A stretch of DNA of 64,000 nt. Origin: Candidatus Nitrospinota bacterium M3_3B_026. GTDB taxonomy: Bacteria > Nitrospinota_A > UBA7883 > JBPRGF01. Of this stretch, positions 28,604-37,445 are shown in pieces. Under the pieces are notes generated by a model, which was not told where the DNA came from, made no database searches, and worked only from the letters and a program-made list of their open reading frames with translations. A program made the translations under genes and the position numbers. Within the stretch, counting starts at the first letter, position 1. Each line of letters begins with the position of its first letter. The stretch spans positions 128,001 to 192,000 of the forward strand of contig JBPRGF010000033.1 of assembly GCA_051418015.1 (NCBI GenBank), read 5' to 3'.

Positions 28604-29695
28604 TTACACATTGAACCGGAAATGGGCGACGTCGCCGTCGCGCATGACGTAGTCCCGGCCCTCGACCCTCAAAAGCCCCGCTTCTTTCACCGCCTGCTCG
28701 GCGCCGAGCCTGTCTATGTCCTCGAACGAAAAAATCTCTGCCCTGATGAAGCCTCGCTCGAAGTCGGTGTGTATCACGCCGGCCGCCTGCGGAGCCTTGG
28801 CGCCTTTTGGGGCCGTCCATGCCCTGGTCTCCTTGGGACCGGTGGTGAAAAAGGTTATGAGGTTGAGGGCGGCGTATCCCGCGCGGATGAAGTGATCCAG
28901 ACCGGACTCGGCCAGGCCGAGGTCCGCAAGGAAAGCCTCCCTGTCCGCGGGGTCCAGCTCGGCTATCTCCGCCTCCACCTTTCCGCATATCTCCACCACC
29001 TCCGCCCCCTCCGCCTCGGCCACGGCGCGGGCTGCGGCCTTCGGCTCCGTCTCCCTGCCAAGGTCTTCCTCGGTGACGTTCAGGACATACACCACGGGTT
29101 TCGCGGTTATCAGGAACAGCTCCCGGAAAAACTCCGCGTCCCCCTCGCCGAAGGCGGCGCGGGCCGTGACGCCTCCGTTGAGCTTTTCACGGAGAGCCTT
29201 GTACCTTGGCAGGACGTCGGCGGCTTTCCTGTCGCCGGTCTTTCCGCCTTTCTCCACCGCCGCGATCCGCCTGTCCAGCGTCTCCATGTCGGCCAGGATC
29301 AGCTCCGTCTTTATCACGTCGATATCGGAGGCTGGGTTCACGGCCCCGGAAACATGGGTGACGTTGGGGTCCTCGAAACACCTGACGACGTGGGCTATGG
29401 CGTCCACCTGCCTTATGTGGCCCAGGAACTGCGCGCCGAGCCCCTCGCCGCGGCTTGCGCCCTTGACGAGCCCGGCGATGTCCACCACCTCCAGCGTGGT
29501 GGGGGTCACCCTGGCAGACCCGGATATCTCCGCCAGGCGGGCAAGGCGCGGGTCCGGCACGGGGGCCACTCCCACGTTCGGCTCTATGGTGCAGAAGGGG
29601 AAGTTGTCCGACTTCGCCCCGGCGGCGGTCAGCGCGTTGAAGATCGTCGACTTGCCCACGTTCGGCAGGCCCACGACACCGCAGTTGAACCCCAT
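28604..29695 (-). CDS. ychF: Redox-regulated ATPase YchF
   Basis: MGFNCGVVGLPNVGKST, FCTIEPN, DIAGLVKGAS, IHTDFERGFIRAE; 363 aa. Confidence 0.97.
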   Translation of the reverse strand: MGFNCGVVGLPNVGKSTIFNALTAAGAKSDNFPFCTIEPNVGVAPVPDPRLARLAEISGSARVTPTTLEVVDIAGLVKGASRGEGLGAQFLGHIRQVDAIAHVVRCFEDPNVTHVSGAVNPASDIDVIKTELILADMETLDRRIAAVEKGGKTGDRKAADVLPRYKALREKLNGGVTARAAFGEGDAEFFRELFLITAKPVVYVLNVTEEDLGRETEPKAAARAVAEAEGAEVVEICGKVEAEIAELDPADREAFLADLGLAESGLDHFIRAGYAALNLITFFTTGPKETRAWTAPKGAKAPQAAGVIHTDFERGFIRAEIFSFEDIDRLGAEQAVKEAGLLRVEGRDYVMRDGDVAHFRFNV

Positions 29696-29785
29696 ATCAT
29701 CTCCCGTTCGACAATCTTTGTCCGCTCTGAATAAAATAGCAGGCATTGTAACATCCTGCTCATTCGCGCCAAGGGAGCTTTTTTG

Positions 29786-30718
29786 ATGAACGCGATGATT
29801 CTCGCCGCGGGTCTCGGCACGCGCCTTCTGCCGTATACCGAAAGGCTGCCGAAGCCGCTTTTCCCGATCCTGGACAAAAGGCTGATCGAAATCGCGATAG
29901 AAGCGGTTCTGAGGACGGATGTCCGGCGGATAGTGGTGAACGTCCATCACCTGGCGGACCAGGTGGAAAGTTTTTTGCGCTCCCGCGATTTCGGCGTGGA
30001 GATAATCATCCTCCGGGAGGAAAAGATACTCGGCACGGCGGGGGGGATAAAGAACGCGGAAAAATGGCTGAGCGGCGATGATTTTCTGGTTATCAACTCC
30101 GACATCATCCCCGAGCCGGATTGGGGGGAGCTGATCGAGGCTCACAGGGCCAGGGGGGCCATGGCGACCCTCGCTCTGCGCGCCGTGCCAGCCCCGGAGC
30201 GTTACAGCCCGGTATGCCTGGACGCCGGGGGCATGGTGACAAAGCTCGGCGCAGCCACCGGGCCGGGACATGCCGGCGATATGGAGCCGATGATGTTCAC
30301 CGGGGTGTCCGTTCTGTCCCCCACCGTTTTCGGGCGGATACCACCCGGCGTGGCGGACATGGCCCGGGATGTCTATGTCCCGATGGTCCGTGAAGGGGCG
30401 GGGCTCTACGGCGTCAAGACCTCATGGAGATGGGCCGATGCCGGGACGGCGGCGGATTACCATCGCGCCGTGATGGAAGCGTTGCGCTCGGGGGAGGTCA
30501 CCCCGGCGGTCATGTGGGGCGACCTGCATGGCGTCGGCATCGACCAGCCGGTTTATATCGAGACGGGGGCCGCCGTGGCGCCGGGGGCGAGACTCGGCCC
30601 GAATGTCGCCGTCCACAAGGGCGCCCGCGTGGGCGAAGGGGCCGCGTTGCGGGATTGCGTCGTCCTGCCCGGCTCCGCCGTCGGGGAAGGGTCTGTCCGC
30701 GAGGGTGAGGTGATCTGA
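29786..30718 (+). CDS. Sugar-phosphate nucleotidyltransferase (MurU/Man-1-P guanylyltransferase-like)
   Basis: AMILAAGLGTRLLP..PKPL, LGTAGGI, short C-terminal hexapeptide repeats. Confidence 0.85.
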   Translation: MNAMILAAGLGTRLLPYTERLPKPLFPILDKRLIEIAIEAVLRTDVRRIVVNVHHLADQVESFLRSRDFGVEIIILREEKILGTAGGIKNAEKWLSGDDFLVINSDIIPEPDWGELIEAHRARGAMATLALRAVPAPERYSPVCLDAGGMVTKLGAATGPGHAGDMEPMMFTGVSVLSPTVFGRIPPGVADMARDVYVPMVREGAGLYGVKTSWRWADAGTAADYHRAVMEALRSGEVTPAVMWGDLHGVGIDQPVYIETGAAVAPGARLGPNVAVHKGARVGEGAALRDCVVLPGSAVGEGSVREGEVI

Positions 30719-30759
30719 TTCCCGTGGCCGCTGGAGACGGCCGCGGAGGATGAGACAAT

Positions 30760-30790
30760 GGGATCCTTCGCCTGACGGCTCAGGATGACA
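30760..30790. repeat. REP-like palindromic element, single arm
   Basis: Reverse complement TGTCATCCTGAGCCGTCAGGCGAAGGATCCC closely matches the left arm of the element at 35768. Confidence 0.7.
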
Positions 30791-30893
30791 CCCCCTTGTG
30801 ATGTGACTCTGGGCTTGCGTCCCGGGTCGCCGGATGAAGGGCTGGGCGAAAGACGCTCAGGGCGCCGATCGAAAGCGGTTCGCCGGCCCCCTG

Positions 30894-31403
30894 CTAAAAC
30901 TCCCTCGACCAGGTTATCCGCAACAGGCCGTCCTCGTCGGTGTACCTGGCGTCGAGGTCGCCGCGGTATGCGTTGTTGAGCGCCACGCCCACGCCGTGGG
31001 CCAGGTGGGCGTCGGTGAAGGTGATAACCGTCTCGCCCCCCTTTTTGTCGATGGACATGATCCTCTCCACGGGGCGCTCCGCCTTCGCGTCGGCCTCGGT
31101 GTTTTTTATCAGGCTCATGATCTCGTTTTCGCGCGCGGCGAAAAAGCCGCCTTTCAAGGTCAGCGTCCCCGCCGGGAACTTGTCGCGCATCCTCATGCAG
31201 GCGGGGCACAGCACCTCGTTTGCTCTTTCGGGCGCCTCGTTCCACGTCCATCGCCCGTCGCGGAAGACGGCGTGGCACTCGGGACAGGCCGCCGGCTCTT
31301 TTGGTTTGCCGGTCATTTTGTATGGGTCCGTGAGGCGCTCTTCATAGGTCTGGCCTGTCCTGGCGCGTTGTATGTAGCCTGTCATGAAATTCTTCTTGTT
31401 CAT
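30894..31403 (-). CDS. BCAM0308-family protein
   Basis: DPY..CPEC.AVF..GRW.W..CPAC.R.RDKFPAG..ERIM..T..HLA..G.AL..AY.G pattern. Confidence 0.8.
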   Translation of the reverse strand: MNKKNFMTGYIQRARTGQTYEERLTDPYKMTGKPKEPAACPECHAVFRDGRWTWNEAPERANEVLCPACMRMRDKFPAGTLTLKGGFFAARENEIMSLIKNTEADAKAERPVERIMSIDKKGGETVITFTDAHLAHGVGVALNNAYRGDLDARYTDEDGLLRITWSREF

Positions 31404-31626
31404 GGCTATGCTCCCTGGCGATTCCCTCATCTCTTCCTACTTCTAATATCAAGCCGCCGGGGACGCTTCGGGGAAAAAATCGCACGGAGGAGCGCTTTTT
31501 TGGCGTGCGGTAGATCATTGTTGTGGAAGCATAATGACATAAAAATCATATGTATATATAGCGTCAATTAATGTTGTTTGCACGCTGTGTTCGTTTAGAG
31601 GATGGGGAATTCGGCCATATTTTATA

Positions 31627-31683
31627 TTGACAAAGGCAGCTTGCCGGGTTATTAACCATATGGTTAAACCGACTGGTTGGTTA
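31627..31683 (+). promoter_or_regulatory. TetR promoter/operator region
   Basis: TTGACA at 31627; perfect palindrome TTAACCATATGGTTAA (31652-31667); imperfect palindrome AACCGACTGGTTGGTT (31667-31682). Confidence 0.7.
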
Positions 31684-31698
31684 TTGGGCAGCGGAACA

Positions 31699-32352
31699 AT
31701 GAAAAAGGCGGAGAACAGGGAGCCGGGCGCCGAAAAAGCGATCGCCGTGGCGGACCATATCATCGAGGCCGCGGCGGGGGAGTTCGCGGCGAAGGGGTTC
31801 GCCGGGGCGCGGGTGGACGAGATAGCCCGCCTGGCGGGCGTCAACAAGGCGGCCATCTATTACCACGTCGGCGACAAGGAGGCTCTTTACAAGGCCGCTC
31901 TCAAGCGGGTGGCCGGGCCCATCGCGGAGAGGGTGGGCAGGCTGCGGCAGGAAGGAGGCGCGGCGGACGAGAAGCTGCGCGCCCTCATCGGTGTCATCGC
32001 GGAGAACATCCTGTCGTCGGAGTTTTTTTCCCCGATAATCCTGCGGGAGATAGCAAGCGGCGGGGCCAGCGCCCCCAAGGATATCCTGGAGCTGATGGGG
32101 AAGATAATTTCCTCCGTGCGCTCCGTTCTTGCGGAGGGGGAGGCGGAGGGGCGTTTCCGCCGCGTGGATCCACTTGTTACGCATCTTATGATCGTGGGGG
32201 GGCTGAACTTCCTGGCGGCGCGTTCCCACGTGTTCAGAAAGATAAAGTCCGAGGGGTTCATGGAGGGCGATCTTCCCGTGGAGCAGTCCGCCGGAGCGAT
32301 CGCCCAGAGCGTCGCGGATATCATACTGGACGGCGTGAGGCGAAAAGGCTGA
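31699..32352 (+). CDS. TetR/AcrR-family regulator
   Basis: AAAGEFAAKGFAGARVDEIARLAGVNKAAIYYH..KEALY HTH. Confidence 0.92.
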   Translation: MKKAENREPGAEKAIAVADHIIEAAAGEFAAKGFAGARVDEIARLAGVNKAAIYYHVGDKEALYKAALKRVAGPIAERVGRLRQEGGAADEKLRALIGVIAENILSSEFFSPIILREIASGGASAPKDILELMGKIISSVRSVLAEGEAEGRFRRVDPLVTHLMIVGGLNFLAARSHVFRKIKSEGFMEGDLPVEQSAGAIAQSVADIILDGVRRKG

Positions 32353-32391
32353 CCGCGGTCTTCGAGTTTCCCAAACATTGGAGTGTGGCTG

Positions 32392-34842
32392 ATGACCGAC
32401 GTAAGAAAGAGGATAGAAAAAGGGTTCGAGTCCTTTACAAGGCTGGTGTTCCGGAACAGGTGGAAGACGGTTTTGATCATAGCTCTTTTTGTCGCCGCCA
32501 TCGTCTCCAACCTGTCGAAGATCACCATAGACACCTCCACCGAGGGCTTTTTGCATGAGAGCGACCCCGCCCTGGTGGTTTACAACGAGTTCCGCGACCA
32601 GTTCGGCCGGGACGAGATGGTCATAGTCGCCCTCAACCCGGAGAACGTCTTCGACATCGCTTTTTTGAAAAAGCTTCGCGATCTGCACTATGAGCTCAAG
32701 GAAAAGGTCCCCCACCTGGACGACATCACCAGCATGGTCAACGCCCGGAACACGTTAGGGAAAGGGAACGAGCTTATCGTCGAGGACCTGCTGGAGAATT
32801 TCCCTGAAACCGGGGAGGACCTGGCGGTTCTCAGGGAGCGTGTGCTATCCAACCCCATCTACGAGAACATGCTCATATCCGAGGATGGGACCTTCACCAC
32901 CATCGCCATAAAGACGAACGCCTATTCCTCCGCCGGGGCCGTGGAGGACGCCCTCTCCGGGTTCGAGGATTTCGAGGGCGGCGCGGAGGAGGAAAAGGCC
33001 CCGGCCGAGCGGAAGTTTTTGACCGACGAGGAAAACAGCGAAGTGGTGGAGGCCGTCCGCGAGATCGTGGAGAAGTACGAGGGGCCGGACTTCCCCGCCT
33101 ACATAGCAGGCTCCCCGGTGGTGTCCAACGACCTGAAGCGCTCCATGCAAAAGGACATGCGCCGCTTCATGCTGATGGCCGTTACCACAATAGCGATCTT
33201 CCTGTACATCATGTTCCGCCGGATATCGGGCGTGGTCCTGCCGCTGGTGGTGGTGCTCCTGACGCTTTTTTCCGCCATCGGGGCGATGGGCTTCTTCGGC
33301 GTTCCCCTGAAGATGCCCACGCAGATACTTCCCTCCTTCCTCATGGCCGTGTGCGTGGGAGCGACGGTGCACGTTATGGCAATTTTCTACTACCGGCTGC
33401 ATAACGGATACAGCAAGGAGGATTCCATCGTCTACGCCATGGGCCATTCCGGCCTGCCGATCGTCATGACCAGCCTGACGACCGCGGCGGGCCTGGCCTC
33501 ATTTTCCACGGCGGAGGTGGCGCCTATCGCCGACCTGGGAAAATTCGCGAGCCTGGGAGTGCTGCTCGGGCTTGTCTACACGATTGTTCTTCTCCCGGCG
33601 CTTATCGCCTTCACCCCCTTCGTGAAAAAGGAGACGCCCGCCCACGAGGCCAAGAGGGAAAAGATGGACGGGATGTTGACGAGGGTGGCGGACTTTTCCA
33701 CGGGGCATCCTGTCTCCATAACGGCCGTGAGCGCGGTTCTCATTGTCGCGTTGCTGGCCTTCGCTTCCACGGTCCGTTTCTCCCACAATCCCCTCAAGTG
33801 GTTCCCGGAAGAGAGCCAGGTCAGGCAGACCACCACCCTTATCGATCACAAGATGAAGGGGACCGTGACGCTGGAGGTCATAACGGACACGGGAGGGGAG
33901 AACAGGCTCTACGAGCCCGAGATCCTCAAGGGCCTGGACGGGCTGGCCACGGAGATAGAAAAGATAAAGACGGATGGGCTTTTCGTGGGGAAAGCCTTCT
34001 CGGTGGCGGATATTTTAAAAGAGATTAACAGGGCGCTTAACGAGAACCGCCAGGAGTTTTACAGGATTCCCGACGACAGGCGGCTTATCGCCCAGGAGTT
34101 TTTGTTGTTCGAAAACTCCGGCTCCGACGACCTGGAGGACGTGGTGGACAGCCAGTTCTCGTTGTCGCGGTTCACCGTCAAGGCGCCGTGGCTGGACGCC
34201 ATCGAGTACGCGGAGTTCATAGACGACGTAAAATCCCGGTTCGACGAGAGGCTGGGGCAGGACGTGGAGAAGATCACCATCACCGGCATGATCCCCATAC
34301 TCTCCAAGACCCTCTTCGCCGCCATGAAAAGCGCGGCGGTAAGCTACGTCATCGCCGGCGCGGTGATAACCTTCATGATGATGATACTGATAGGAAGCGT
34401 CCGGGTGGGGCTTTTGAGCATGATCCCGAACCTTCTGCCGATAATCATGGCCATCGGCGTCATGGGAGTCTTCAACATGCCGATGGACATGTTCACCATG
34501 CTCATAGGCTCCATCGCCATCGGCCTGGCCGTGGACGACACGGTCCACTTCATGCACAACTTCCGCCGCTACTACCACGAGACCCACGATGCCCGTGAGG
34601 CGACGCGAAGGACCCTGACCACCACCGGCAGGGCCATGCTGGCCACCACCGTGGTGCTCTCGACCGGGTTTTTCATATTCATGTTCGCCACCATGAACAA
34701 CCTTTTCAACTTCGGACTGCTGACGGGGCTGGCGATCGTAACTGCGCTGCTGGCGGACTTTCTGCTCGCGCCGGCCCTGATGACGCTGATGGCCAGGAGC
34801 CGGGGGACGGTCCTGGCCTACATCGACAAGGGAGAGGATTGA
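32392..34842 (+). CDS. MMPL/RND-family transporter
   Basis: Two-fold repeated TM architecture; TSLTTAAG, GLAVDDTVH motifs. Confidence 0.9.
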   Translation: MTDVRKRIEKGFESFTRLVFRNRWKTVLIIALFVAAIVSNLSKITIDTSTEGFLHESDPALVVYNEFRDQFGRDEMVIVALNPENVFDIAFLKKLRDLHYELKEKVPHLDDITSMVNARNTLGKGNELIVEDLLENFPETGEDLAVLRERVLSNPIYENMLISEDGTFTTIAIKTNAYSSAGAVEDALSGFEDFEGGAEEEKAPAERKFLTDEENSEVVEAVREIVEKYEGPDFPAYIAGSPVVSNDLKRSMQKDMRRFMLMAVTTIAIFLYIMFRRISGVVLPLVVVLLTLFSAIGAMGFFGVPLKMPTQILPSFLMAVCVGATVHVMAIFYYRLHNGYSKEDSIVYAMGHSGLPIVMTSLTTAAGLASFSTAEVAPIADLGKFASLGVLLGLVYTIVLLPALIAFTPFVKKETPAHEAKREKMDGMLTRVADFSTGHPVSITAVSAVLIVALLAFASTVRFSHNPLKWFPEESQVRQTTTLIDHKMKGTVTLEVITDTGGENRLYEPEILKGLDGLATEIEKIKTDGLFVGKAFSVADILKEINRALNENRQEFYRIPDDRRLIAQEFLLFENSGSDDLEDVVDSQFSLSRFTVKAPWLDAIEYAEFIDDVKSRFDERLGQDVEKITITGMIPILSKTLFAAMKSAAVSYVIAGAVITFMMMILIGSVRVGLLSMIPNLLPIIMAIGVMGVFNMPMDMFTMLIGSIAIGLAVDDTVHFMHNFRRYYHETHDAREATRRTLTTTGRAMLATTVVLSTGFFIFMFATMNNLFNFGLLTGLAIVTALLADFLLAPALMTLMARSRGTVLAYIDKGED

Positions 34843-34843
34843 G

Positions 34844-35686
34844 ATGCGCGAGGAGGCTCTTATGACGCTTGAAAAAGTTTACACGGCGGCTTTCCGGGCG
34901 GCCGCTCTCGGCGCCGTCATCCTGGCGGCGGGCGCGGGGCCCGCGATGGCGGACGACGACCCGAAAGCCAGGGCGATCATGGAAAAAGTGGATGCCCGCG
35001 ACGACGGCGACAACATGACCTCCGGGATGGAGATGATCCTCATCGACAAGAACGGAGAGACGAGGACGCGCAAGCTACGCTCCTTCATTAAAGACTTCGG
35101 GGAGGACACCTACAGGCTCCTTTTCTTCCTGGAGCCCGCCGACGTCAAGAACACGGGTTTTCTGACATACGATTACGACGACCCGGACAAGGACGACGAC
35201 CAGTGGCTATACCTGCCCGCCCTGCGCAAGACGAAAAGGATCGCCACCTCCGACAAGAGCGGCAGCTTCATGGGGTCGGATTTCACCTATTCGGACATGT
35301 CCTCGCGCGACATAGAGGACTACGACTTCAAGCTCCTGAAGGAGGACGAGGTGAAGGGGCACAAGGTGTGGCTCATCCAGTCCACGCCGCGGTCCAAGAA
35401 GGTCATCGACGAGACCGGCTATGAAAAATCCGTCGTCTTCATCCGGCAGGACAACCACGTCGTCGTCCGCGCCGTCCACTGGACGGAGGACAACAAGCTG
35501 AAGTATTTCGACGTCAAGGAGCTTGAGTTGATCGACGGCATATGGGTGGCGATGGAGATGACCATGACCACGAAGATGGGGAAAACAACCATCCATAAGA
35601 CCATCCTCAGAAACAATGACGTGAAGTTCAACCAGAGCCTGGACGAGGACATCTTCACCATCCGCAGGCTGGAGAAAGGGCTGTAA
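34844..35686 (+). CDS. LolA-like outer-membrane lipoprotein-sorting family protein
   Basis: Signal peptide; F.EPADVKNTGFL, DDQWLYLPALRKTKRI, SFMGSDFTYSD. Confidence 0.85.
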   Translation: MREEALMTLEKVYTAAFRAAALGAVILAAGAGPAMADDDPKARAIMEKVDARDDGDNMTSGMEMILIDKNGETRTRKLRSFIKDFGEDTYRLLFFLEPADVKNTGFLTYDYDDPDKDDDQWLYLPALRKTKRIATSDKSGSFMGSDFTYSDMSSRDIEDYDFKLLKEDEVKGHKVWLIQSTPRSKKVIDETGYEKSVVFIRQDNHVVVRAVHWTEDNKLKYFDVKELELIDGIWVAMEMTMTTKMGKTTIHKTILRNNDVKFNQSLDEDIFTIRRLEKGL

Positions 35687-35767
35687 AGGGGTGTTGGAGC
35701 CATCCAGGCGCCTTTCGCCGCGGAAGGGTTTTTCGAGGGGCCGAAGAACCCCGTTACGGGCCAGCGA

Positions 35768-35852
35768 TGTCATGCTGAGCCGAAGGCGAAGTATCCCGTT
35801 CGTCCATGCCAAGGCCGTGCGGGATTCTTCGGCCTTTGGCCTCAGAATGACA
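35768..35852. repeat. REP/MITE-like palindromic element (~85 bp)
   Basis: TGTCATGCTGAGCCGAAGGCGAAGTATCCCG..CGGGATTCTTCGGCCTTTGGCCTCAGAATGACA imperfect inverted arms. Confidence 0.75.
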
Positions 35853-37355
35853 ACGGATGACGGCCGCGGGATTCTCCGCGGCTTCCCAAAAGCGCTGCCC
35901 GCGGCGTTCGCCGCGCTTATCCTGATCGCCGCGCCCGGGGCCATGGCGCAGAACGAAAAGAGTCTGGACGCCGTCCTGGAGGGTTTTGAAGAAGACAAAC
36001 CCGAGCCGTCCGAAAAGACTCCGCCCGGGTTGGAGGACGTTCTTGGCGGGTTCGACGAGGGCGCGCTGGCCCCGGAGACGGCCGGGGAGGCTGAAGAGGC
36101 AGCGGCCAGGTCAGCCTTTGACCTTGGCGGCGCCATGACCTTCTCGTCGTCTTATAACTACTCCCACGGCGCGCCATCGGAAGGGGAGACGGACTGGCGG
36201 GGGCTGTCCCGCCTGCGCTCCGAGATACAGCTCGACCTGGACGTGGACATCGCTCCGGAGTGGCGCGCTTTTATCAGCGGCAGGGTATTCCACGACGCCG
36301 TGTATTCCCTGCGGGGAGTGGATAACTACACCGGCGATGTCCTGAGGACGTATGAGAAGGAAGGGGAGCTTCGCGACGTCTACATCCAGGGCTCGCTTAT
36401 GAAGAGCCTGGACATAAAGATCGGCAGACAGATTGTCGTCTGGGGCAGGTCCGACAACATCCGCGTCACCGACGTTCTAAACCCCATGGACAGCCGCGAG
36501 CCGGGGATGGTGGACATAGAGGACCTGCGCCTGCCGGTGAACATGACGAAGCTGGACTACTACGCCGGGCCATGGAACCTGGCGCTCATCGCCGTCCACG
36601 AGATCAGGTTCGACAAGCTCCCCGCTTACGGGTCGGATTTTTATTCCTTTCCCTTCCCCTGGCCGCCGGAGGAGACGCCCGTCGAAAGTCTCGGGAACAC
36701 CCAGTACGCCGCCGAGCTTACGGGGGTTTTTCCGGGGTGGGATGTCTCCTTCTACTGGGCGCGGTATTTCGAGGATCAGCCGACGATAGAGCGGGATGAG
36801 TCCGCCCCCCCAGGGCCCGGCCCCATGGGCCTGCCGCCGCTTATCAGGACGCACAGCCTACTCACGATGTACGGCGCCGCGGGCAACTTCGTGACGGGGC
36901 CGTGGCTTTTGAAGGCCGAGGCGGCGTTTGTCGACGGGCTGGAATTCTACAACGCGCCCGGCGAGAAAAGATCCAGGCTGGACATGCTGCTCGGCGTTGA
37001 GTACGCGGGCTTCAGCGAGACGATGCTGGGGCTGGACATCGTCAACAGGCGTCTTCTCGATTACGACCCGAAGCTCTATAAAATCCCCGACATGGTCAAG
37101 GAGGACACGTTCCAGGCCGCCTTCAGGTACCAGGGGGATTTCTGGCGGGACACTCTCCACGTCGTCGCCCTCGTCTCCATCCTCGGGAGGGAAGCTGAGG
37201 ATGGGGCGTTCGAGAGGTTTTCGGTGGAGTACGACATCCAGGACGCCCTCTCCGCCACCCTGGGGGTCATGGCCTACCACTCCGGGGAATCGCTCTTCTT
37301 CCGTAACATCGACGGCGCGGACCGCGTGTTCGCAAGCGTCAAGTACAGCTTCTAG
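35847..37355 (+). CDS. Outer-membrane beta-barrel protein (DUF1302-like); start may be 35691
   Basis: Signal peptide ending AMAQ; GRQIVVWG.SD..DVLNP.D; C-terminal VKYSF. Confidence 0.8.
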   Translation: MTTDDGRGILRGFPKALPAAFAALILIAAPGAMAQNEKSLDAVLEGFEEDKPEPSEKTPPGLEDVLGGFDEGALAPETAGEAEEAAARSAFDLGGAMTFSSSYNYSHGAPSEGETDWRGLSRLRSEIQLDLDVDIAPEWRAFISGRVFHDAVYSLRGVDNYTGDVLRTYEKEGELRDVYIQGSLMKSLDIKIGRQIVVWGRSDNIRVTDVLNPMDSREPGMVDIEDLRLPVNMTKLDYYAGPWNLALIAVHEIRFDKLPAYGSDFYSFPFPWPPEETPVESLGNTQYAAELTGVFPGWDVSFYWARYFEDQPTIERDESAPPGPGPMGLPPLIRTHSLLTMYGAAGNFVTGPWLLKAEAAFVDGLEFYNAPGEKRSRLDMLLGVEYAGFSETMLGLDIVNRRLLDYDPKLYKIPDMVKEDTFQAAFRYQGDFWRDTLHVVALVSILGREAEDGAFERFSVEYDIQDALSATLGVMAYHSGESLFFRNIDGADRVFASVKYSF

Positions 37356-37445
37356 CCCCGCGCCGCTACGCCGTCCGGGGATCATGGTGGAAAACAGGGG
37401 GATATCCATGCGCGCTGATGGATGTTGCGATATACTTCAAAAATC

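Noticed and set aside
29696..30271. Long N-terminal extension of YchF in the ORF track
   Set aside because: Overlaps the divergent nucleotidyltransferase; the canonical start at 29695 gives a normal 363-aa YchF
31270..31290. CPECH as a heme c motif in the BCAM0308 protein
   Set aside because: No signal peptide and a second CxxC partner; zinc ribbon more likely
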